A stretch of DNA of 64,000 nt, from contig CAVPSJ010000007.1 in NCBI GenBank assembly GCA_963708295.1, forward strand, positions 96,001 through 160,000. The letters are read 5' to 3'. The translations under genes and the position numbers were made by a program. The DNA comes from an uncultured delta proteobacterium (GTDB taxonomy: Bacteria > Desulfobacterota > BSN033 > UBA1163). Under the pieces are notes generated by a model that saw nothing but the letters and a program-made list of their open reading frames with translations, searched no databases and was not told the origin of the DNA. Positions 28,975-36,798 of this stretch are shown here, piece after piece (within the stretch, counting starts at the first letter, position 1; each line of letters starts with the position of its first letter).

Positions 28975-31353
28975 ATGCCTGACACAATGAAAGATCTGAT
29001 CGCAATCTTCAAGGCAGAAACCGAAGAGCATCTGACTAAGCTGGATAACGGACTCATCGAGTTAGAGAGGCAGCCCAACAGCGTGAACTTGGCCAGCGAC
29101 CTCAACAGAGAGGTGCATACTTTGAAAGGTGCGGCTCGGGTCTTTGGATTCTGCGAAATTCAGGACATCGCACATCGGATAGAAGATATCTTTGAAGAGG
29201 TTGCAGGAAAAAGGGCCTTTTTCAGTTCTTCCATGGCTGAAAGTATATTTAAAGGTCTGGATGCCATCAGAGCAATCTTGGATAAGATCGTACAGGAGAA
29301 GGAGATCGATGTCGATGCCTCTGAAATCTGCCGGGATTTGGAAGAATGCCTTTCTGGGACACGAGGAATCAGAACACGAGGGAAACAAGAGAGGAGAGAT
29401 GAAGGAGAACAAGAACCTGTAGAGACCCCGGAGGGAGAAGCCAAAACTGAAAAGAAACGAGATGACGAGCCCGAACACCCGCAAGAAGAGGGAGCTGCCA
29501 AAACCCAACCAAAAGCCGCGGACGGAAAAGAACTCGACGCAAGAAAGACGCAAAATGAGGTTCTGGATCGCCCCGCGAGTGCACCAACCGTTCACCATCC
29601 GCCCGTACAAATGGAGGAATATATTCGTGTCCCTCTGAGCCGAGTAGACAAACTCCTTTACTTGGTCGGAGAGGTGTTGATCAACAAGTTGAAGGTCTCT
29701 GCGATAACGGCACAAGCAAAAAGTCTCTCAAAGCTCACCAAGGACGCGCAGAAAAGCGTTTCAAGCCTGAGCGAAGCGATGAAAAAGGAATTTTCATCCC
29801 CGGCAAGGGAAGTGACGAAGTTACTCGCTCAATTTGACGCCCAAATGCAGAAACTGAGGGAACACAATGTGAAGTTATACGATCATGCTTCCTCACTTGC
29901 ATTTCATCTTGACCCCGTCATCGACGAATTGCAGGCGAATATGAAGAAGATAAGAATGTTGCCCTTGTCAGCCATTTTTGATGGATTTCCCCGCATGGTA
30001 AGGGACATCGCCTCTCAACAAGGGAAAGAGGTTAATTTGCTGATTTCCGGGGAAGAAACGGAGCTTGATAAGAAGGTCCTAGACGGGATAAAGCCCTCTC
30101 TCATCCATATATTGCGTAACTGCGTAGACCATGGAATTGAGGAGCCGGAGCCGAGGACTGCCCTGGGTAAACAGCGGGCCGGAACAATAAAGGTTTCGGC
30201 TTTGCAAGAGGCAGACAATGTAGTGATCACCATCGAGGATGATGGAAGGGGCATGGATATTGATCAGATAAAGCAGACAGCCCTGAAGAAACGGCTCGTA
30301 TCTAATGACAATCTAAAAAACATGACTGAAAAAGAAATTTTGCACATCGTTTTCACGAACGGCTATTCCACAAGTCCGGTCGTGACGGACGTTTCGGGAA
30401 GGGGAATCGGACTGGATATCGTTAGACGAGACATCACCAACCTAAAAGGCCGGGTGACTTTAACCACTCAGAAAAACGGAGGATCCAAATTCACACTGGT
30501 CTTGCCATTGACCATCGCCATTATTCAAGTACTCTTGGTCGAGGTGCAGAATATGACGTTTGCCCTTCCGATGCTCCCCATTACAGAGAGCGTCAAAGTG
30601 AAAATGGAGGATGTTTCCACCATCGAAGGGAGAATGGCGATGCCGCTCCGTGAGCACATCGTGCCCTTAGTAGGGTTGAATGAAGTGCTTGAACTTCCGC
30701 AGGCGCGAAAAGAGAAGGAAAAGGGAAAAGGAGAATTGACGGTGGTGATTGCGGCCTCCCTCGACAGCCGAGTTGGATTCATTGTTGACCGGATTGTTGG
30801 AGAGGGAGAAGTCTTCATAAAGGGCTTAGGCAAGCATTTAGGAAAGGTGAAGAATGTGAGCGGCGCAATCATCATGCCAACCGGTGAAGTCGTCATCGTC
30901 CTGGATGTGGCAGACTTAATTGCCCATAGCGCCCTCAGCCTTCCGGCCTTGACTGAAAAGAAAGGGGCTCCCGAACCGAAGCACAAAGAGAAAAGAATAT
31001 TGATTGTGGAAGACGCTTTCTCCACCAGGGAACTTGAGAAAACCATATTGGAAACCCGCGGATACCTTGTAGACACGGCGGTAGACGGTTTAGATGCACT
31101 GGATAGGATCGCAGGCGCCCACTACGACCTCATTGTCAGTGACGTTGAGATGCCGAGGATGGATGGGTTTGAGCTTTGCAGGACCTTAAAGAAGAAAGAG
31201 GGATACACAGATATCCCCTTTGTGATGGTCACCGCATTGCAGAAGGAAGAAGATAAAAGGCGGGGTCTCGAGGTAGGTGCCTCCGCTTACATTGTCAAAA
31301 GCGCATTTGAGCAGACGGGTCTTTTGGATACCATTGAACGATTGGTCGGGTAA
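28975..31353 (+). CDS. cheA: hybrid CheA with C-terminal REC domain (WspE/FrzE-like)
   Basis: REVHTLKGAAR, HILRNCVDHGIE, GYSTS..VTDVSGRGIGLDIV, CheW-like domain, REC SDVEMPRMDG. Confidence 0.93.
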   Translation: MPDTMKDLIAIFKAETEEHLTKLDNGLIELERQPNSVNLASDLNREVHTLKGAARVFGFCEIQDIAHRIEDIFEEVAGKRAFFSSSMAESIFKGLDAIRAILDKIVQEKEIDVDASEICRDLEECLSGTRGIRTRGKQERRDEGEQEPVETPEGEAKTEKKRDDEPEHPQEEGAAKTQPKAADGKELDARKTQNEVLDRPASAPTVHHPPVQMEEYIRVPLSRVDKLLYLVGEVLINKLKVSAITAQAKSLSKLTKDAQKSVSSLSEAMKKEFSSPAREVTKLLAQFDAQMQKLREHNVKLYDHASSLAFHLDPVIDELQANMKKIRMLPLSAIFDGFPRMVRDIASQQGKEVNLLISGEETELDKKVLDGIKPSLIHILRNCVDHGIEEPEPRTALGKQRAGTIKVSALQEADNVVITIEDDGRGMDIDQIKQTALKKRLVSNDNLKNMTEKEILHIVFTNGYSTSPVVTDVSGRGIGLDIVRRDITNLKGRVTLTTQKNGGSKFTLVLPLTIAIIQVLLVEVQNMTFALPMLPITESVKVKMEDVSTIEGRMAMPLREHIVPLVGLNEVLELPQARKEKEKGKGELTVVIAASLDSRVGFIVDRIVGEGEVFIKGLGKHLGKVKNVSGAIIMPTGEVVIVLDVADLIAHSALSLPALTEKKGAPEPKHKEKRILIVEDAFSTRELEKTILETRGYLVDTAVDGLDALDRIAGAHYDLIVSDVEMPRMDGFELCRTLKKKEGYTDIPFVMVTALQKEEDKRRGLEVGASAYIVKSAFEQTGLLDTIERLVG

Positions 31354-31374
31354 TGTGAAACTTGGGGCCGAGGC

Positions 31375-32406
31375 ATGATACGGGTGTTAGTGGTAGACGA
31401 TTCTCCGCTGATGTGCAAGATCCTAACAAATATCCTGAACTGCGATCCTGAGATCATCGTTTCGGCAGTTGCAACGAACGGCAAAGAAGCAGTAGAGATC
31501 GTGCCTCGCATCAAACCGGATATCATTACGATGGATATTGATATGCCTGTAATGGATGGCCTTGAGGCGACGAGGCAGATCATGGCCTATCACCCCACCC
31601 CGATACTCATTGTATCCTCTGCCGTCTTTAGGGCGGGAATGGATAGGGTATTCAAGGCCATTTCTCAAGGCGCTTTGGACGTGATCGACAAAAGTGAACT
31701 TGAATTGGCTGGAAATAAAAAGTCTGGCGAGGCCCTGATCGCGAAGATAAAATTCTTAATCGGTATCAGAGTCATGCGTCAGCCACCCGCCGCCTTTTCG
31801 AAAGAAACGTCCGTCGTTGACCTTAAGGCGAACCGTAAGGACATTTCAGATAAGATCGTAGCCATTGTGGCGTCGACGGGAGGTCCACACGCACTTCTTG
31901 AGATCCTCAAAAGGCTACCCGAAGATTTCCCTTGCGGCATCGTTATTGTTCAGCACATCACCAACGGTTTTCTTTCAGGGCTGGTGGGGTGGCTTGCAAA
32001 GGAATGCAAAATCAAAGTTAAGATTGGAGAAGATTTGGAAGAAATACGACCTGGAGTGGCATACATCGCTCCGGACAACGTTCAAATGAGGGTTGAAGAA
32101 GGTGGAAGAATTCGACTTTCCAGCGAACCAGCCTATGGAGGCCACAGGCCCTCGGGTGATGTGTTGTTGGAGTCTGTAGCCAGAATCTACGGAAAAGGAG
32201 GTGTGGCCGCACTCCTCACCGGCATGGGCAGAGATGGAGCGATGGGGATGAAGGCTATAAAACAACTCCGCGGTAAAACCATCGCCCAAAACGAAAAAAG
32301 TTGTGTCGTTTTTGGCATGCCAAATGCGGCCATAGAAATGAATGCCGCGGATAAAGTATTACCCTTGGAAAGCATCGCAGAAGAGATCGTTGGAATGGTG
32401 AGATAA
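31375..32406 (+). CDS. cheB: second CheB methylesterase (WspF-like)
   Basis: REC + ASTGGP, VQHI, RPSGD, LTGMGRDG. Confidence 0.93.
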   Translation: MIRVLVVDDSPLMCKILTNILNCDPEIIVSAVATNGKEAVEIVPRIKPDIITMDIDMPVMDGLEATRQIMAYHPTPILIVSSAVFRAGMDRVFKAISQGALDVIDKSELELAGNKKSGEALIAKIKFLIGIRVMRQPPAAFSKETSVVDLKANRKDISDKIVAIVASTGGPHALLEILKRLPEDFPCGIVIVQHITNGFLSGLVGWLAKECKIKVKIGEDLEEIRPGVAYIAPDNVQMRVEEGGRIRLSSEPAYGGHRPSGDVLLESVARIYGKGGVAALLTGMGRDGAMGMKAIKQLRGKTIAQNEKSCVVFGMPNAAIEMNAADKVLPLESIAEEIVGMVR

Positions 32407-32450
32407 GCATGCGGTCATGCCTCCCAAGAGGACAGGGCGTTGAGGGCGAG

Positions 32451-32933
32451 ATGCGGAAGGGAAGCCCCGAGAAAAAAGAGGAGAAGCAGATACTGATCTT
32501 TACCTTGGCGAGCGAGGAATTGGGGCTGGATATTTCTTGTGTGCGTGAAGTACTGAGGCCACAGAAGACTTACCCTCTTCCCCGGACTCCTCTTTTTATT
32601 GAGGGAGTCATTGATTTGAGGGGATATATCATTGCGTTAATCGATTTGAGAAATAGACTTATTGGAAAACCGATGGAGAAGGAACCCAACCAAAGGATCA
32701 TCGTTTGCAGAATCCACAATTTTATCGTCGGCCTGACGGTCAACAGCTTGAAGGAGATCATCACTTTATCCAAAGACGACATTATGCCTACGCCGGAGGT
32801 CGTGGCAATGCAGATGGAGGCAGAGGTCATATCGGGGATCGCAAGGGTTGGCGAAAGAATTGTCCCCATTTTGGATCTGGAGCACATCCTGACAAGAAAA
32901 GAAGTCGCCGAGCTGTCGGCTCTTAAACAATGA
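32451..32933 (+). CDS. cheW: CheW adaptor
   Basis: IFTL..EELGLDI..VREV, PLPRTP.FIEGVIDLRG. Start uncertain (32409 or 32451). Confidence 0.88.
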   Translation: MRKGSPEKKEEKQILIFTLASEELGLDISCVREVLRPQKTYPLPRTPLFIEGVIDLRGYIIALIDLRNRLIGKPMEKEPNQRIIVCRIHNFIVGLTVNSLKEIITLSKDDIMPTPEVVAMQMEAEVISGIARVGERIVPILDLEHILTRKEVAELSALKQ

Positions 32934-34606
32934 AAAATATCTTACCCCTATCCAGCGACGATTTCTGTCTTTTTCAAGAACTGCTCATAGAAATGAGCGG
33001 CCTCTTCTTTGAAGAAAGCAGGAACCAGTCCTTGCATCTAGCCCTTTGGCAGCGCTTACAACGTCGAGGCTATGATTCCTACCGGGAATATTATAACCTT
33101 CTGAAATTCCATCCGGAGGGGCGTCTTGAGATACGAGAACTGCTCGATTTGATCACCATCGGCGAGACTTATTTCTTCAGAAACAAGGCTCAGTTTGACG
33201 TGCTGGCGAAATTTGTTTTGCCTGAAATCATGCAGAGGAAAGTGGATTCAAGGGATAAGTGGTTGCGCGTGTGGTCAGCAGGCTGCTCTGGGGGAGATGA
33301 GACCTATTCAATTGCCATGGCAATGATGGAAGTCGTCCCTTCTCACGAAGACTGGCATATCTCCATTTTGGGCACGGACATAAACAGAAATGTGCTCACT
33401 TCCGCGAAGGAAGCCATGTACAACGAAAAGCACATCGGCCATTTGCCAAAAGAATACGTGGCCAAGTACTTCACGATCCGGGGAACCACCTACGCACTGA
33501 ACTCGAACGTCAGAGAGTTGTCTTGCTTTGAATATCATAACCTGGCCAAGGATCCATTCATCCATGAAAAGATGCAAAATACAGACATTATTTTCTGCAG
33601 AAATGTCATGATATACTTTGATAGCCAGACCACTCAGAGGGTCATTGACAATTTTTACAACTGCCTTGCGCACGACGGCTATCTTTTCCTGGGACATGCA
33701 GAGACTCTGTGGCAGATTACCAACAAGTTCGAGAGAGTTGAGTTTCCTCAGACATTCATCTATAAGAAGCGGTTAGCCCCGTTTGAGGAAGACACGACGA
33801 AGCCCTTTATCGCCGTGCCCGAGATCGCCGTCGGGGACTTTGCCCCTTCGGCAGCGCCAATTCCCGCCTCGTACCAGGTCGATTCAGGGTCTTTATTTGA
33901 AGCCCAAGGAAACCATCGGGGCTCAGGTCCAGCTTGGAGCGAACCTCCGGCCGCAGATTGGGGAGCCGAGGGGGTAAGTTTCATTCAAAAAAATGGCTTA
34001 GCGAAAAGCTCTTTTTGTCAGGAGCAAGGGGTTGGGCTCCAGGAAAAACCCAAGCCCCTCGATCTTCTTCGGAGACCTTGTGACGTTAAAGAAGAAGTTG
34101 ATTCGCCATATCACGGAGCGACCCTCGGTTTGAAAGAAATGAACGGCGAGATTGCCCTCCCCTCTTCCGATCCGTTTGATAAACAGCGAACAAACTATAT
34201 GCGTGCTTATTTGACGAAGGCGACCGTTTTGGCAAATGAGGCTAAATACAAAGAAGCGACGGATATCCTTGGAAAAATCCTAGAGCTCGATAACCTGAGT
34301 GTCGAGGCGTATTATCTTCTGGGTGTTTTATCATACAAAAACAGTAATCTTGCCGAAGCCGAGACACAATTCAGAAAGGTGATTTATGTGGACCCTGATT
34401 CCGTGATTGCTTATTTTAACCTTGGAAACATGTATCTATACCAGAGAAAGTTTAGCGAAGCTGCCAGGGAATTTAGAAACGCCATCCGCCTGTTGGAAAA
34501 GAGGCCGAAAGACGAACAAGTCAGGTTTTGCGAGGACTTCACAGTGGAGTTTCTCCTACGGGCGTGTCGGAAGAGTCTTGTAGAGATCTCCAAGAGAGGT
34601 GAATGA
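32930..34606 (+). CDS. cheR: CheR methyltransferase with C-terminal TPR repeats (WspC/FrzF-like)
   Basis: TIGETYFFR, VWSAGCSGGDE, IFCRNVMIYFD; C-terminal AYYLLG...AETQFRKVIYVDPD...AYFNLG TPRs. Confidence 0.92.
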   Translation: MKNILPLSSDDFCLFQELLIEMSGLFFEESRNQSLHLALWQRLQRRGYDSYREYYNLLKFHPEGRLEIRELLDLITIGETYFFRNKAQFDVLAKFVLPEIMQRKVDSRDKWLRVWSAGCSGGDETYSIAMAMMEVVPSHEDWHISILGTDINRNVLTSAKEAMYNEKHIGHLPKEYVAKYFTIRGTTYALNSNVRELSCFEYHNLAKDPFIHEKMQNTDIIFCRNVMIYFDSQTTQRVIDNFYNCLAHDGYLFLGHAETLWQITNKFERVEFPQTFIYKKRLAPFEEDTTKPFIAVPEIAVGDFAPSAAPIPASYQVDSGSLFEAQGNHRGSGPAWSEPPAADWGAEGVSFIQKNGLAKSSFCQEQGVGLQEKPKPLDLLRRPCDVKEEVDSPYHGATLGLKEMNGEIALPSSDPFDKQRTNYMRAYLTKATVLANEAKYKEATDILGKILELDNLSVEAYYLLGVLSYKNSNLAEAETQFRKVIYVDPDSVIAYFNLGNMYLYQRKFSEAAREFRNAIRLLEKRPKDEQVRFCEDFTVEFLLRACRKSLVEISKRGE

Positions 34607-35585
34607 TATGAACGGACAGGAAAAATTCGAAGCCTATCTTTCGTCTGTCAGGCACGACCTGCGCAGCCAACTCATGGTCGTCCGCGAAGGGGCGAGCATG
34701 ATTTTAGACGGCCTGGGAGACTCCCATTGCGATAAATGCTTCTCCTTTTTGAGACCCGCCTTAGAATCCGCAGACGAATTAAATAAACTGATTGGGGAAC
34801 TCCTGAGCAGCTCTCGGTTCAATGCAATGTTACCATTGCCCACTTCCGCAAAAGAGGACAGACCGAAGAAGGCTAAGGAGGAACCTCCGGAAAATGAGCT
34901 CGAAATCATGAAAGATGAGCTAAGAAATGAGTTGGAGATTATCAAGGATGACCTGATGGGAATGATATCCCATGTCGTTCGCACCCCATTGACCGTCGTT
35001 AAGGAAAGCCTGTCCTTGATGCTGGAGGAAATACCGGGAAAACTGAATGCCAAGCAAAAGGAATTGCTTTCTACGGGAAAAGAGAACGTAGATGAATTGA
35101 TCCAATCGGTCGAGGAGATATTTGAGAAGTCCTGGAACGAAATAGTCCATCCCGCCCAGAACTGTGTCCCTACCAAAAAAGCAACACCCCAGAAAGAAAC
35201 CTTAACGGCGAGAAAAAAGATACTCATCGTAGAAGACCAACCACCTATTGTCAACATGCTCAAGATGAGACTGGAAGCCCATAATTACGAAGTCATCACC
35301 GCAGGCGACGGACAGGAGGGTTTGGAGAGAGCCCAAAAGGAAAACCCAAACTTGATTATCTTAGACGTCATGCTTCCTAAATTGAGCGGTTATAAGATCT
35401 GCCAATTTCTCAAGTCCGATCCGAAGTATAACGCGATTCCCATCATCATTTCCTCTGGAAGAACACCGCAAGAAATCAAAAAGGTGAGCCAGGAAGTGGG
35501 TGCGGACGCATTCGTCTCTAAACCGTTCGAAGCGGAGGTACTGCTCGCAAAAATGAAGGAACTTTTAGAGAAGAAGGGAAAATAG
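34599..35585 (+). CDS. protein with two HisKA-like H-box segments and a REC domain, but no ATPase domain
   Basis: SSVRHDLRSQL and ISHVVRTPL H-boxes; REC KILIVED...LDVMLP...KPF; no N, G1, F or G2 boxes. Confidence 0.8.
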   Translation: MNDMNGQEKFEAYLSSVRHDLRSQLMVVREGASMILDGLGDSHCDKCFSFLRPALESADELNKLIGELLSSSRFNAMLPLPTSAKEDRPKKAKEEPPENELEIMKDELRNELEIIKDDLMGMISHVVRTPLTVVKESLSLMLEEIPGKLNAKQKELLSTGKENVDELIQSVEEIFEKSWNEIVHPAQNCVPTKKATPQKETLTARKKILIVEDQPPIVNMLKMRLEAHNYEVITAGDGQEGLERAQKENPNLIILDVMLPKLSGYKICQFLKSDPKYNAIPIIISSGRTPQEIKKVSQEVGADAFVSKPFEAEVLLAKMKELLEKKGK

Positions 35586-35749
35586 CCTTTCCGCGCAGTG
35601 GAGGGTAAAGGAGTTGCATGAGCATACAGGGCGTTGGGATCGGCGAGGTAAGTGATGTTTGTCTCGATCGCCCTCAAGCTGAAAATGCCCGATTCTCATC
35701 CGTGATGAATTAGAGAAGAGGGAGAAACGTGTTTATAACGGCAAAAAAG

Positions 35750-36508
35750 ATGGCGAAAAAAAAGATCCTGGTGATCGACGACATGCCAAATATCGTTACC
35801 ATGGTAAAAGCCCGCCTGGAAGCGAGCGGGTACGAGGTCATTGCTGCCCTGGATGGACAGCAAGGCTTGAACTATGCCTCTTCGGAGAAACCGGATCTGA
35901 TCATACTGGATATCGTCATGCCCGCCGGCGGGGGTTATTCCGTCTATACGAGATTAAAGATGTCTCCCAAAACCCAGTCTGTCCCGGTCATTTTCCTTAC
36001 TGCGAAGGATAGACCGGAGGATGTGGCAAGGGCTTATAATTTAGGTGCGCAATATTATGTTAAGAAACCCTATAAGCCAGAAATGTTACTGGACACGGTC
36101 AAGAAAGTATTAGAATCATCCGCACGGCCGGAACAGGCCAAAGGATTGCAGAAGCGAATACTGGTCGTAGGGAAAGAGCCGGAGATTGCCGAGTTCGTGA
36201 AATTAGTCGACATGGGCTACGAAGTGAGCATCGTATCAAGCATCAGAGAGGGAGCCGAGGAGGCCAAGAAGGAAGAACCCGACGCCATCTTTCTGGATGG
36301 ATCGCTCGTCAAAGCCAATGACTATGACGGCTTTTACCAGCTCAAGCTGGAATTTGCCTCGATTAAAGCACCCATGATTATATCTGTCACCCGGGGAGAA
36401 TTGGAGGAATTTCAAAAGAAGATCGGCAGTTTCAGTAGTTATTGCTTGAAGCCGTTTAATTACATTGATCTATTAGGGCTCATCCGGGTGGCTTTACAAA
36501 AAAAATGA
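35750..36508 (+). CDS. tandem REC protein (canonical REC + degenerate REC)
   Basis: KILVIDD...LDIVMP...KPY, followed by RILVVGK...PDAIFLD...KPF. Confidence 0.85.
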   Translation: MAKKKILVIDDMPNIVTMVKARLEASGYEVIAALDGQQGLNYASSEKPDLIILDIVMPAGGGYSVYTRLKMSPKTQSVPVIFLTAKDRPEDVARAYNLGAQYYVKKPYKPEMLLDTVKKVLESSARPEQAKGLQKRILVVGKEPEIAEFVKLVDMGYEVSIVSSIREGAEEAKKEEPDAIFLDGSLVKANDYDGFYQLKLEFASIKAPMIISVTRGELEEFQKKIGSFSSYCLKPFNYIDLLGLIRVALQKK

Positions 36509-36798
36509 ACGGTTCGGTCCAACTCCCGAGCGGAGAGAGCCATGAACTGGAGTGCACTTCATACCCCAGGGATCGGCGACTCGACTCACTCTTTGCGAGA
36601 AGTTGCGTGACGAAAGAATGCCATCGCGATGGGATGCAGGATCGGGAGAAGCCTTCGAGCAAAGGAACGGAAGAAGCCGATGCAGGGACCGCGTCAAAGG
36701 ACCGAGTGGGCATCGCGTTTTCTTGCCTATCCTGTCGGTTTGCCCACGACTCGGAATCACACGGGTGAGGAAAATAGCATAGGAAGATCAAACGGCTT

